From positions 1 to 48,739 of the forward strand of contig JAGWZI010000002.1 in the NCBI GenBank assembly GCA_018968925.1: a stretch of 48,739 nt of DNA, read 5' to 3'. Within the stretch, counting starts at the first letter, position 1. Every line of letters starts with the position of its first letter. This document shows, in pieces, positions 29,859 to 39,596 of the stretch. The DNA is from Patescibacteria group bacterium. Lineage in GTDB: Bacteria; Patescibacteriota; Minisyncoccia; Phycocordibacterales; GWA1-40-21. Position numbers and translations under genes: made by a program. The notes under the pieces were generated by a model, which saw only the letters and a list, made by a program, of their open reading frames with translations, was not told the origin of the DNA and made no database searches.

Positions 29859-30791
29859 TTACTGACGTGAATAATAGTCAGCGATCGCGCGGAGGAGAAT
29901 TTGCATGTCGGAAAACCTGCCCTCTTCGGTCGAGCCGAGAAGCGCCGCAACGACCGGATGTCCGAGGCCGGCATCGAGCGCGACGACGAGATTCCCGCCG
30001 GCCAGATCGGTAAAACCGGTCTTCGACGCGACAAGGCCGACGATTTTTCCGACAAGCGTATCGGTGTTGACCGCCGTATGGCGGATACCCGAGAGCGAAA
30101 CGAACGATTCGGCGTTTTCCGTCGTCTCGGCAAGGAGCGACGGATCGGTTTTGAGGACGGCCGCCATAAGCAGCGCGGCATCACGCGCCGAACTGTAGCT
30201 GCCGGACGTTGTCGCATCGAGATCAAGGCCCGATTCGTTGAAAAAAACGGTGTCGGAAAAGCCGAGTTCGCGCGCTTTTGCGTTCATGAGGTGTATGGTC
30301 GTTGATGCGTCGCCGCCGAGGTGGGCATTCAAGGCATCGGCAAGCGCGTACATGCCGGTATTCGACGACATGATGAGCGAGAAATCGAGCAGATCTTCCG
30401 CCTTCCACTTTTCGCCGGCAATAAGACCGTTCGTATCCTCGCCTCTTACGAGATCGTTCCGGGTAATGGTCGCTGTGCTCGACGCGGGCAGATTGCCGGC
30501 GATAACAAGCGTGGTCATGAGTTTCGTGATCGAAGCGAGCGGCAACGTGGCGGTCGCGTTCTTCTCAAAGATCGCCGTGCCAGCGTTCACGTCATAGACA
30601 TAAAACGCTTTTGCCTGGATGTCGGCAAATTCGGGCGGATACGCTGCGGCCTGCATATGCGCCTTTTCAGCCGCAGGTTTTTCGGGTGTGCCGAAAAGCC
30701 GAGCGGCAAGAATGCTGAGCGCGACGATAAGCATGCAAAGAAGCACGAGCAAAATCGGCTTATGCTTTTTGGGTATCGTCTGATAATGCAT
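29859..30791 (-). CDS. D-alanyl-D-alanine carboxypeptidase (S11)
   Basis: ASITKLMT (SxxK), SSN (SxN), KTGFT. Confidence 0.9.
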   Translation of the reverse strand: MHYQTIPKKHKPILLVLLCMLIVALSILAARLFGTPEKPAAEKAHMQAAAYPPEFADIQAKAFYVYDVNAGTAIFEKNATATLPLASITKLMTTLVIAGNLPASSTATITRNDLVRGEDTNGLIAGEKWKAEDLLDFSLIMSSNTGMYALADALNAHLGGDASTTIHLMNAKARELGFSDTVFFNESGLDLDATTSGSYSSARDAALLMAAVLKTDPSLLAETTENAESFVSLSGIRHTAVNTDTLVGKIVGLVASKTGFTDLAGGNLVVALDAGLGHPVVAALLGSTEEGRFSDMQILLRAIADYYSRQ

Positions 30792-30796
30792 TGCGC

Positions 30797-31384
30797 TTAG
30801 GCGGCGATTTCCTGCGGCGTTCCTACCGCAGCTTCTTCTTTCTTTTCCTCGGCGGTCGCGGCGGTCCGGTATGATTCGATCTCGGCGCGGGCTTCGGCGT
30901 ACTGCGGCATCTCCTCTATCTTCGTGAGACCGAGATGGGACAGCAGCTCGAATGTGGGCTTGTAGAGGAAGCTGCGCTGGTCTTTCGGGTTCGGCACGCG
31001 CTCGACAAGGCCGCGGATGGCAAGGTTCCGCAGGATGAAATTCGACTGGACGCCGCGGATGTAGTCGATCTCGGCGCGCGAAATCGGCCCTTGGTAGATG
31101 ATGATGGAAAGCGTCTCAAGCCCGGCTTTGCCGAGATCCTTCACCAGTTCTTCTTTGGTCAATTTCTCGATGAGTTCGCTCGTCTCCTTTGCTGTCGCAA
31201 GCGCGACCTCGTCGTCTTTGCGGACGAGGCTGACTCCCCTGCCGGCAAGGTTCGCCTCGAGCGCGGCAAGCGCGGCGGAAATTTCCTCTTCCGGTTTGGT
31301 AAAAATCTGCGCCAATTTCTTCAAGGAAACCGGCTCCCCTTTCCAAAACAGCACCGCTTCGATCTGTTGTTCGAGATTTCCCAT
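30797..31384 (-). CDS. scpB: SMC-Scp complex subunit ScpB
   Basis: IEAVLF, LETLSIIIY.GPISRAEIDYIRGV. Confidence 0.95.
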   Translation of the reverse strand: MGNLEQQIEAVLFWKGEPVSLKKLAQIFTKPEEEISAALAALEANLAGRGVSLVRKDDEVALATAKETSELIEKLTKEELVKDLGKAGLETLSIIIYQGPISRAEIDYIRGVQSNFILRNLAIRGLVERVPNPKDQRSFLYKPTFELLSHLGLTKIEEMPQYAEARAEIESYRTAATAEEKKEEAAVGTPQEIAA

Positions 31385-31388
31385 ATGG

Positions 31389-32117
31389 TTATGAATAGCT
31401 CGGCACGCCGACGGATTTCGTTTCCATGGAAATGTCGGCGAATTTTTCGCGCTGTTCGACCTCTATTATACCCTGTTTGACGAGCTCGAGCATGGCGAGA
31501 AACGAGACAATGACGTTCACCTTCTCGGCCTTGCCCATGCCGGAGAAATCCTTGAAGCTCATCTTGAGCGATGACTGCACGCGCGCGGTCAGGTTCGTGA
31601 TCATTTCTTCGAGCGAGATCGCTTTTGCTACGCTCACCTTCGGCTTTGCTTCGAACTTCGGCAATGCCTTGATGACCGAGAAAATGGCGTTCGCGATATT
31701 TGCCGCGGTCATCGACGCATCCGGCGAGAAGACCGGCTCGGTCTTGCGAGCATTCGGGAAAAAGAGCATATCGGCGCCAAAAAGGTTCTTGACGTTGGCC
31801 GAAAGCTCCTTGATCTTCTTGTAGATTTTCAGTTTCAGCTCGAGGTCGCGCATGTCGGCTTTCTCGTCTTCCGACAGGTCAAGTGTCGGCAGGAGCGATT
31901 TTGACTTGATGAGGAGGAGCGTCGCCGCAATGACGAGAAATTCCGACGTATCCTTGATCGAATACGCCTCACGGTTTTGCATGTGGGCGATGAAGTCGTC
32001 CGTCACCTTGGCGAGCGAGACGTCGTTGATGAGGAGCTTGCGCTTTTCAATCAGGTCAAGCAAGAGGTCCATCGGCCCCTCGAACGCCTCGGTCTTGATT
32101 TTGAAGCGGTTATCCAT
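31389..32117 (-). CDS. scpA: Segregation/condensation protein ScpA
   Basis: FEGPMDLLL.LI, ATLLLIKSKSLLP, FLAMLELVK. Confidence 0.95.
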   Translation of the reverse strand: MDNRFKIKTEAFEGPMDLLLDLIEKRKLLINDVSLAKVTDDFIAHMQNREAYSIKDTSEFLVIAATLLLIKSKSLLPTLDLSEDEKADMRDLELKLKIYKKIKELSANVKNLFGADMLFFPNARKTEPVFSPDASMTAANIANAIFSVIKALPKFEAKPKVSVAKAISLEEMITNLTARVQSSLKMSFKDFSGMGKAEKVNVIVSFLAMLELVKQGIIEVEQREKFADISMETKSVGVPSYS

Positions 32118-32490
32118 TGATTTTCTTCGCGAGCTTTTCCAATTCCGCCATATCGGCTTCTTTCGACGGGCCGGATATCTCGCGCGGCTTGTTGATCGGG
32201 ATGAGATGCACGTGCGTATGCGGCACGCCGAAGCCTTCGACGAGGATGCCGATGCGCTTTGCGCCTATTTTTTCTTTCAGTTTTTTCGCAAGTTTCTTCG
32301 CCTCAAGAAACAATGCCGTGTATTCGGCATCCGGCAGGTCGAAAACGTAATCCTCGTGTTTTTTCGGGATAAGGAGCGTATGGCCGGGCATGACCGGATA
32401 GATGTCGAGGAAACCGAGATAGTTTTCGCTCTCCCAGACTTTCAGCGTTGCTCCCTCCTGGACCAGTTTGCAAAAAATGCAGTTTTCCAT
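32110..32490 (-). CDS. HIT-family nucleotide hydrolase
   Basis: CIFC, GHTLLIPKKH, VPHTHVHLIP. Confidence 0.93.
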   Translation of the reverse strand: MENCIFCKLVQEGATLKVWESENYLGFLDIYPVMPGHTLLIPKKHEDYVFDLPDAEYTALFLEAKKLAKKLKEKIGAKRIGILVEGFGVPHTHVHLIPINKPREISGPSKEADMAELEKLAKKING

Positions 32491-33888
32491 TTATTTTTTC
32501 TTCTTGATCTCGATCCGCAGATCCCGGAGCTGTTCCGCCGACACCGGCCCGGGCGCGTTCATCATGAGATCGCGGCCTTCGCCCGATTTCGCGAATGCGA
32601 TCGTCTCGCGGATGTTCGGCTCGTTCTCGAGGATCATGACAAGACGGTCGAGTCCCCAGGCGATGCCGCCGTGCGGCGGAACGCCGGTTTCGAATGCGCG
32701 AAGCATATGGCCGTACTGCGATTCGATCTTCTCGGCGGAAAAATCCATGATCTCGAGCGTTTTGCGCAAAGCCTCGGGCCGGTGGTTGCGGATGCTGCCG
32801 CCGCCGGCTTCGTTGCCGTTGAGCACCAAATCATACTGCGCCGCCATGATCGTTTCGATATTTTTCTTCGCCATGAGGTCGCCCATCGATTCCGGTTTCG
32901 TCGTCGAGAAGGGATTATGCGTGAACGTCCATTTGCCGTCGTCGCCTTTCTCGAACATGGGAAAGTCAACCGTCCAGGCGAACGCGAGCAGATCCAGATC
33001 GTTCTTGTCTTTTCGCAGGTCCGGCTTGTCCGTGCCGTATTTCGCCATCGCTTCGGCATACGGGATTTTCGGGAACGGGATCTCTTGGATCTTCTTGTGC
33101 GGATAGAGTTTCTTCACGACTTCAATGATGACCTTCTCGTTCACCGCCATCACGTCTTCCTCCGTTGCGAAGCTCATTTCGAGGTCCATCTGCGTGAATT
33201 CCGGCTGGCGGTCGCCGCGGGAATCCTCGTCGCGAAAGCATCGCGCAAACTGGAAATATTTTTCAAAACCGGCGGCCATGAGAAGCTGCTTGTATTGCTG
33301 GGGCGACTGCGGCAATGCGTAAAAATTGCCGGGCTCGAGACGCGATGGCACGATGAAGTCACGCGAGCCTTCGGCGGTCGCGTTCGTCAGGTTCGGCGTC
33401 TCGATCTCGGTGAATCCTTCCGCGGCAAGGAGGGTGCGCACCAAGGTCATGATCGAGCTGCGGTTCCGGATATTCTTCTGCAAGCGCGGACGGCGCAAGT
33501 CGAGCCAGCGATGCGAGAGGCGCGCGTCCTCGCCGATATCGCGGCCGTCGCCGCGCACGTCAAACGGCGGCGTGACTGCTTCGTTCAGGACGTTCATCGA
33601 GAGGATTTCAATCTCGATCGTGCCATTCGCTTCGTCTTTGTTCACCATCCGTTCCGGCCGGGCGTTCACTTTGCCCGTCACTTCGACGACCCATTCGGGA
33701 CGAACCGTGTTCGCCATCTCGTGCGCTTCCGCATGGTTCGGCAGAGCGACCATCTGGACTTTGCCCGACATATCGCGCAGGTCGATGAAAATGAGCTTGC
33801 CATGGTCGCGCCGCACGTCCACCCATCCGGCGATCTTCACCTCCTTCCCGATTTCCTTGTTCAGTTCCCCGATATATGTGCGTTTCAT
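32491..33888 (-). CDS. aspS: Aspartate--tRNA ligase (compact, GAD-less; likely non-discriminating)
   Basis: RRDHG, LPQSPQQYKQLLM, CFRDED...RQPEFTQ, PPHGGIAWGLDR. Confidence 0.96.
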   Translation of the reverse strand: MKRTYIGELNKEIGKEVKIAGWVDVRRDHGKLIFIDLRDMSGKVQMVALPNHAEAHEMANTVRPEWVVEVTGKVNARPERMVNKDEANGTIEIEILSMNVLNEAVTPPFDVRGDGRDIGEDARLSHRWLDLRRPRLQKNIRNRSSIMTLVRTLLAAEGFTEIETPNLTNATAEGSRDFIVPSRLEPGNFYALPQSPQQYKQLLMAAGFEKYFQFARCFRDEDSRGDRQPEFTQMDLEMSFATEEDVMAVNEKVIIEVVKKLYPHKKIQEIPFPKIPYAEAMAKYGTDKPDLRKDKNDLDLLAFAWTVDFPMFEKGDDGKWTFTHNPFSTTKPESMGDLMAKKNIETIMAAQYDLVLNGNEAGGGSIRNHRPEALRKTLEIMDFSAEKIESQYGHMLRAFETGVPPHGGIAWGLDRLVMILENEPNIRETIAFAKSGEGRDLMMNAPGPVSAEQLRDLRIEIKKKK

Positions 33889-33929
33889 AATTATGCTGAT
33901 TTTACATGATTTTTATGAATAAAATGATA

Positions 33930-33958
33930 TTGACATATAATAAATAAAGTGATAAAAT
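33930..33958 (+). promoter_or_regulatory. Sigma70-type promoter of the clpP-like gene
   Basis: TTGACA-17 nt-TAAAAT with extended TG; AGGAGG at 33985-33990. Confidence 0.7.
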
Positions 33959-33996
33959 TGTTATTGGTTGATCTTCATCAAAACAGGAGGAAAAGA

Positions 33997-34566
33997 ATGG
34001 ATCCAAAATCGCTGGATAATGGCAAACTGGAAGCATTGTTGAAAAAGAACGTCTTTCCGATCGTTGGCGACATCGACGGGAAAATCTTGAATCTGGTACA
34101 GGACGCCTTTAGCAAGCTGTACATCCAAGAAAATCCGCCGGATATCTTGGTCTTGCTAAGCAGTCCAGGCGGTTCCGTAAAACGAGGGCTCTTTGTTTAC
34201 GATCTGCTCCGGTTGTATCCGGGAAAGAAAACGGCGATCGTCGTCGGCGAAGCGTCCTCGATGGGAGCAATCATTCTGCAGGCATGCGACAAGCGGTATG
34301 CGACAGAAAATGCCTGGATATTGATCCATAATCTCACGAACACCGAGATAAAACTGGATCAGTTGCGCGACAAAGCGAAGCTTGAGGAGTTGCTTGCCGA
34401 CAATGAAAAACTGCAAGCAAAGCAGTACGCCATTATCGCGAAACGAACGGGAAAATCTATGGAGGAAATTCGCGAGGTTTTCGCAAAAGATAAATCCATG
34501 GACGTTTCCGAAGCGGTCGCCTTTGGCCTCCTCGACGGTATCTGGGACCAGCCGCTTCCAAAATAA
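33997..34566 (+). CDS. clpP: ClpP-family serine protease (divergent)
   Basis: SPGGSV, ASSMG (Ser), LIH (His), KDKSM...EAVAFGLLD. Confidence 0.85.
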   Translation: MDPKSLDNGKLEALLKKNVFPIVGDIDGKILNLVQDAFSKLYIQENPPDILVLLSSPGGSVKRGLFVYDLLRLYPGKKTAIVVGEASSMGAIILQACDKRYATENAWILIHNLTNTEIKLDQLRDKAKLEELLADNEKLQAKQYAIIAKRTGKSMEEIREVFAKDKSMDVSEAVAFGLLDGIWDQPLPK

Positions 34567-34579
34567 ACGCGGCAAAACG

Positions 34580-34609
34580 AATCCGCCGGGATGTTTCCGG
34601 CGGATTTTT
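34580..34609. terminator. Bidirectional terminator between clpP and trpS
   Basis: aatccgccgg-gatgttt-ccggcggattttt. Confidence 0.7.
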
Positions 34610-35675
34610 AATAGATTGAAATTCCGACTTTTTGCCTTACGTCCTGCATTTTCTTTTCAGCCCGTGCAGATGCGCGTTTGCCGCCGTCCTTCAAGATCTT
34701 CAAAACATTTTTCATGTCTTTCGCGAGCTTTTCTCTCTTTTCGCGGAGCGGTGTGATGAACGCGGTCAGGTCTTTGATAAGAAGTTCCTTCGCCTCTTTG
34801 TATCCCATACCGCCTTTTTCGTATTTCGCGCGAAGTGATTTTACTCCTTTTTCATCAAGCAGAAGTTTGTGGATGGAAAAAAGTATGGACTCGTCCGGAT
34901 TTTTCGACTCATCCACGCCCTTTGAATCCGTCGGAATCTTCATCACGGCTTTCTTGATCTCGTCATCCGTAGCAAAAAGCGGAATGACATTGTCGTAGCT
35001 TTTCGACATTTTGCGGCCGTCCGTGCCGGGAACGGTTTCAACGGCGGAAAGGATGAACGGTTCCGGCAATTTGAATGTCTCACCATATTTATTATTGAAT
35101 TTCTGCGCCGTGTCGCGCGCGTATTCGATATGTTGTTTTTGATCTTTTCCTACCGGCACAATATCCGCATCCTGAATAAGAATATCTGCAGCCATAAGAA
35201 TTGGGTAATCAAGAACGCCTGTATTAGTACCACTAAAAAGTCTTGTTGTTTTATCTTCAAACGATTCATCTAAATTACCAACTTTAGACAAGTTTTTAGA
35301 AAGTTGTTTTTTAAAATCAGCTTGAAGAAATTCTCTAAAAGAATGCCCAAGCATTAAATAAGAAACTGAAGTAATACAATTAAACATCCAGCAAAGTTCC
35401 GTCACCTGCGGCAGATCGGACTGCTTGAAAAGCGTGATCTTTTTCGGATCAAGGCCGATGGCGAGATAGTCGAGCGCAACGTCGATGATCCCCTGCCGAA
35501 GCTCCGCCGCGTTCTGCACCGTCGTCATCGCGTGGTAATCGGCGATGAAAATATAGCAGTCATGCTTGTCCTGGAGATCGACGAACTGCTTCATCGCGCC
35601 GAAATAGTTGCCGAGATGCACCCGGCCGGTCGGCTTCACGCCGGAAAGGAGGATTTTCTTCGGTTCTTTGGACAT
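34608..35675 (-). CDS. trpS: Tryptophan--tRNA ligase
   Basis: SGVKPTG..HLGNY, YPILMAADIL, VPVGKDQKQH, KMSKS; AT-rich insert. Confidence 0.97.
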   Translation of the reverse strand: MSKEPKKILLSGVKPTGRVHLGNYFGAMKQFVDLQDKHDCYIFIADYHAMTTVQNAAELRQGIIDVALDYLAIGLDPKKITLFKQSDLPQVTELCWMFNCITSVSYLMLGHSFREFLQADFKKQLSKNLSKVGNLDESFEDKTTRLFSGTNTGVLDYPILMAADILIQDADIVPVGKDQKQHIEYARDTAQKFNNKYGETFKLPEPFILSAVETVPGTDGRKMSKSYDNVIPLFATDDEIKKAVMKIPTDSKGVDESKNPDESILFSIHKLLLDEKGVKSLRAKYEKGGMGYKEAKELLIKDLTAFITPLREKREKLAKDMKNVLKILKDGGKRASARAEKKMQDVRQKVGISIY

Positions 35676-35706
35676 GCGAAAAGTATAGCAAAATAGGGCG
35701 ATTTTT

Positions 35707-35757
35707 GGAAGAAAAGAAACGGGCGGCCGCGAAGCGGCCGCCCGTTTCTTTTCTTCC
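35707..35757. terminator. Perfect 24-bp palindrome, dnaJ terminator or REP-like repeat
   Basis: ggaagaaaagaaacgggcggccgc-gaa-gcggccgcccgtttcttttcttcc. Confidence 0.8.
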
Positions 35758-35772
35758 TTTTGTTTTCGGATC

Positions 35773-36651
35773 CTACAATCCTTCCCGCTTCAGGTTCTCG
35801 AAATCTTCCCTTGCTTTGCGCGAGAGGCGCGACGGCATCTTCACCTTTACGCGGACGAGAAGGTCGCCGCGCTTGTCGGACGCGTACGGAATGCCCTTGC
35901 CTTTGACGCGCAGAATGTCGCCGGACGAGGTGCCTTCCGGGATTTTCAAGTCAATATCGCCGTCGAGCGTCCGCACCGTGTGCGTCGCGCCAAGGACCGC
36001 GTCCGTAAGCTTCACGCTAAGTTCCGTGACGAGATTCTTGCCGTCCTTTGCGAACATCGGATCGCGCATGACATGCACGCGAATGTAGAGATCGCCGTTC
36101 ACGCCGCCTGCGAGCGGTTCGCCTGCGCCTGCGAGGCGAAGCGTCTGTCCGTCGTCGATATCGGCGGGAATTTTTACGGTAAAGGATTCTTCCTTGCGGT
36201 TCTTATTGGCGCTTTTCGTCAGACGGATCTGCTTTTCCGCGCCGAAGACAGACTCGGCGAACGTTATCTGCAGATCGACGGAAATATCCCGGCCTTTCCG
36301 CGCGCGCTGGAAACCGCCGCCGAAAAATTCGCCGAAGATGTCGTTCAGGTCGAACTGCATGTTGCCGCCCTGAAAACCGGAAAAGTCAAAGCCGAAATCC
36401 TGCGCGTTGAATCCGCCCGCGCCACCGTAACCCGCGCCCGCCGGTCCGGCCGAGCCGAACTGGTCGTACTGCGCGCGCTTCTTGTCATCAGACAGCACGG
36501 AATATGCTTCGCTCGCTTCCTTGAAGCGTTCCGCGTTGCCGCCTTTGTCCGGATGGTGTTCGAGCGCAAGCTTGCGGAAGGCTTTCTTGATGTCCTCCTG
36601 GCTCGCGTTCTTTTCCACGCCGAGAATTTTGTAGTAATCCTTGTTCGCCAC
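35773..36651 (-). CDS. dnaJ: DnaJ-family chaperone lacking the zinc finger (class B)
   Basis: J domain with HPD, G/F region, C-terminal domain; no CxxCxGxG repeats; GTG start after dnaK. Confidence 0.9.
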   Translation of the reverse strand: MANKDYYKILGVEKNASQEDIKKAFRKLALEHHPDKGGNAERFKEASEAYSVLSDDKKRAQYDQFGSAGPAGAGYGGAGGFNAQDFGFDFSGFQGGNMQFDLNDIFGEFFGGGFQRARKGRDISVDLQITFAESVFGAEKQIRLTKSANKNRKEESFTVKIPADIDDGQTLRLAGAGEPLAGGVNGDLYIRVHVMRDPMFAKDGKNLVTELSVKLTDAVLGATHTVRTLDGDIDLKIPEGTSSGDILRVKGKGIPYASDKRGDLLVRVKVKMPSRLSRKAREDFENLKREGL

Positions 36652-36655
36652 GAAT

Positions 36656-38533
36656 TTATTTCGTCTCCTTATACTCCGCGTCCTTCACATTTCCTTTGTC
36701 ATCCGTTCCGCCCGCCTGCTGGCCTTGCGGCTGTGCCTTCGCCATCGCTTCGCCGATCTTCTGCATTTCGGCGCCGAGGTCGTCGGTCGCCTTGCGCGTC
36801 GCAGAAAGATCCATGCCGTCCTTCGCTTTCTTCAGGTCAGCGATCTTGTCTTCCACGCCTTTCACCACCTCTGCCGGCACTTTCGCGCCGTTTTCCTTGA
36901 TGGCCTTTTCGGCCGTGTAGATCATCTGCTCGGCGACGTTCTTCGCCTCGACTTCCTCGCGCTTTTTCTTGTCGTCTTCCGCGTGCATCTCCGCCTCCTT
37001 CTGCATCTTTTCGATGTCTTCTTTCTTGAGGCCGGACGACGCTTCGATGCGGATGGACTGTTCCTTGCCGGTCGTCTTTTCTTTTGCCTTTACATTGAGG
37101 ATGCCGTTCGCATCCACGTCAAAGGTGACTTCCACCTGCGGAAGCCCTCGAGGCGCCGGCGGAATGCCGTCGAGGATGAATTTGCCAAGAGACTTATTGT
37201 CCGACGCCATCGGCCGCTCGCCCTGGACGATGTGGATCTCCACTTGCGTCTGGTTGTCGGCCGCGGTCGAGAAGACCTGGCTTTTCGAGGTCGGAATGGT
37301 CGTGTTCTTTTCGATCAAGTGCGTCGCCACGCCGCCCATCGTCTCGATGCCGAGAGAGAGCGGTATGACGTCGAGGAGCAGGACGTCTTTGACATCACCG
37401 CGCAGAATGCCGCCCTGCACCGCGGCGCCGAGCGCCACGACTTCGTCCGGATTGACCGAAAGGTTCGGCTCCTTGCCGAAGAGATCCTTCACCGCTTTGA
37501 CGATCGCCGGCATGCGCGTCTGGCCGCCGACCATGATGATTTCGTTGATGTCGTTCACTTTGAACGGCGACGCCGCAAGGGCGCGTTTCGCGATCTCGAT
37601 CGAACGATCGATGAGGTCCTTGACGAGATTTTCGAGGGTCGCGCGGGAAAGTTTGATGAGCAGGTGCTTCGGACCAGACGCATCGGACGTGACGAACGGA
37701 ATGTTGATCTCCGTCTCCATCGCGGTCGAAAGCTCAATCTTGGCCTTCTCCGCCGCCTCGTCGAGGCGTTGGAGCGAGAGCGCATCCTTGCGCAGGTCGA
37801 TGCCGTTTTCCTTCTGGAACTCTCCGGCCATCCAGTCCACGATCTTCTTGTCGATGTCGCGGCCGCCCAAGTGGCTGTCGCCATCCGTCGATCGGACCTC
37901 AACGACCGAATCGCCGATTTCGAGGATCGAAATATCGAACGTGCCGCCGCCGAAGTCATACACCGCTATTTTCTCATTCTTGTTCTTGTTGAGCCCGTAC
38001 GCGAGCGCCGCCGCCGTCGGCTCGTTGATGATGCGCAGGACGTTGAGCCCTGCGATCTGCCCCGCGTCTTTCGTCGCCTGGCGCTGCGAGTCGTTGAAGT
38101 ACGCCGGCACGGTGATAACCGCGTCGGTGATCTTTTCGCCGAGGCGCGCTTCCGCGTCGGTCTTCAGTTTCTGAAGGATCATCGCGGACACTTCCTCCGG
38201 GCGGTAATTCTTGCCGCCCATGGCGACTTCCACGCCGCCGTTCGCCGATTTCAGGACGTCGAACGGGACGGATGCCTTGTCCTTCTGCACGCCCGGATCG
38301 TCGTACTGATGGCCCATGAAGCGCTTGATTTGGAAGATTGTGTTCTTCGGATTCGTCACCGCTTGCCTGCGAGCAAGCAAACCGACGAGCCGCTCGCCTG
38401 TCTTTGTCGTCGCGACGATGGACGGCGTCGTGCGCGCACCCTCGGCGTTTTCGATGATCTTCGGCGCGTTGCCTTCCATCACCGCCATGGCGGAGAAGGT
38501 CGTGCCGAGATCGATGCCCAATATCTTTGCCAT
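36656..38533 (-). CDS. dnaK: Chaperone DnaK
   Basis: [33 protein letters not shown]. Confidence 0.99.
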   Translation of the reverse strand: MAKILGIDLGTTFSAMAVMEGNAPKIIENAEGARTTPSIVATTKTGERLVGLLARRQAVTNPKNTIFQIKRFMGHQYDDPGVQKDKASVPFDVLKSANGGVEVAMGGKNYRPEEVSAMILQKLKTDAEARLGEKITDAVITVPAYFNDSQRQATKDAGQIAGLNVLRIINEPTAAALAYGLNKNKNEKIAVYDFGGGTFDISILEIGDSVVEVRSTDGDSHLGGRDIDKKIVDWMAGEFQKENGIDLRKDALSLQRLDEAAEKAKIELSTAMETEINIPFVTSDASGPKHLLIKLSRATLENLVKDLIDRSIEIAKRALAASPFKVNDINEIIMVGGQTRMPAIVKAVKDLFGKEPNLSVNPDEVVALGAAVQGGILRGDVKDVLLLDVIPLSLGIETMGGVATHLIEKNTTIPTSKSQVFSTAADNQTQVEIHIVQGERPMASDNKSLGKFILDGIPPAPRGLPQVEVTFDVDANGILNVKAKEKTTGKEQSIRIEASSGLKKEDIEKMQKEAEMHAEDDKKKREEVEAKNVAEQMIYTAEKAIKENGAKVPAEVVKGVEDKIADLKKAKDGMDLSATRKATDDLGAEMQKIGEAMAKAQPQGQQAGGTDDKGNVKDAEYKETK

Positions 38534-38618
38534 AATTTTTTCTTTTTTAATTTTGATAAATGAAAAAACAAAAGTACCTAATACTCTTCACTATGCCAAA
38601 GAAAATTTCTCTGGCGCT

Positions 38619-38921
38619 TTATATGAAATCCGGCGCGCGGGACGGTTGCGCGATGATGAAGGAGAGGTCCTTGACGATCGCCGCGACGGTCGCGAAAAAC
38701 GGGCTTTTGACCGGAGCAATATTCTGCTTCTCGATGATTGCCGGCAGAGCGAGGGTGGTTTCCTTGGTGCAAACTTCTTGATGCAAAACCTTGCCGCAGA
38801 CGGCTTTTGCCACCGTCTTGCCGTTCAACTGGACAAGCTCGAAAACGACCGCGGCGATCCTGCCGTCGGGCAAGGTGACGGTCTTCGTAAAGAATTTCGG
38901 CTGTTTTTGGACGGAAAGCAT
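38619..38921 (-). CDS. Small ORF between grpE and dnaK; candidate leader/arrest peptide (ends SRAPDFI)
   Basis: Co-oriented, starts 16 nt after the grpE stop, typical codon usage; function is inferred. Confidence 0.7.
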   Translation of the reverse strand: MLSVQKQPKFFTKTVTLPDGRIAAVVFELVQLNGKTVAKAVCGKVLHQEVCTKETTLALPAIIEKQNIAPVKSPFFATVAAIVKDLSFIIAQPSRAPDFI

Positions 38922-38937
38922 GTGCAAAGGTATTTTA

Positions 38938-39516
38938 TCACTTTTTCAATTCCCCCACCACCACCTGCGGCGCGACAAGGATGCGGCCGTTCAGACTGAA
39001 GCCCTTCTTTTTCACCGCAAGGATTGTGCCATCTTCGTTCTCGTCGGTAACTTCCTTGATTTCCTCGGCAACTTGTTTCGCCGGATCGAATTTTTCTCCG
39101 GCAGGATCAAGCTCGGCAAGGCCGTTGTCTTTCAGGATTTTGAGAAACTGCGCGTGGATGTATTCCACGCCGACGCGCCAGTTCTTGTCCACCTTCTCCC
39201 AGATCTCCTTGTTCGCAAACGCCATGTCGAAGCTCTCAACGACGGACAAAAGATCGGCAATGAGATTCTCATTCGCGAATTTCACCGTCTCGATCTTTTC
39301 CTGCTCGATGCGCTTCTTGAAATTGACAAAATCTGCCCGCTCGCGCTGCCAGCCGTCGAGGTGCTCCTTGCTTTCCTTCTCGAGTGCTTTGATCTTTTCT
39401 TTCAGCTTCTTCACCTGCTCGCGCGCCACGGCTGGCAAGCCAGAATCCTCAGTTTGTTCCTCTTCGATGACGATATCGTCATTTTCCGCCGCTTTTTTAT
39501 CCATATTTTGAGCCAT
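38938..39516 (-). CDS. grpE: Nucleotide exchange factor GrpE
   Basis: RADFVNFKKR, GEKFDP, KGFSLNGRIL...VVV. Confidence 0.95.
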   Translation of the reverse strand: MAQNMDKKAAENDDIVIEEEQTEDSGLPAVAREQVKKLKEKIKALEKESKEHLDGWQRERADFVNFKKRIEQEKIETVKFANENLIADLLSVVESFDMAFANKEIWEKVDKNWRVGVEYIHAQFLKILKDNGLAELDPAGEKFDPAKQVAEEIKEVTDENEDGTILAVKKKGFSLNGRILVAPQVVVGELKK

Positions 39517-39561
39517 TTTTCAGCATTATAGCAATTTTTTTGAAAAAAGCAAGAAAAATGC

Positions 39562-39590
39562 TTGACAAGATTTTATTAGTATGCTATCAT
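39562..39590 (+). promoter_or_regulatory. Sigma70-type promoter with no obvious gene downstream
   Basis: TTGACA-17 nt-TATCAT with extended TG, divergent from grpE. Confidence 0.65.
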
Positions 39591-39596
39591 ACTTTT

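Noticed and set aside
35180..35390. Intein or intron in trpS, cysS or alaS
   Set aside because: Inserts are too short, in frame, and lack intein termini (C/S...HN) or intron features
36641..38563. 640-aa ORF antisense to dnaK, and similar long antisense ORFs at 31852-33909, 5375-7033 and 24630-25856
   Set aside because: Shadow frames of GC3-rich genes; no recognisable motifs, and each fully overlaps confident genes
38575..38600. Possible CIRCE element upstream of dnaK
   Set aside because: Half-sites are poor (ttggcatag/gagtattag) and 4 nt apart rather than 9
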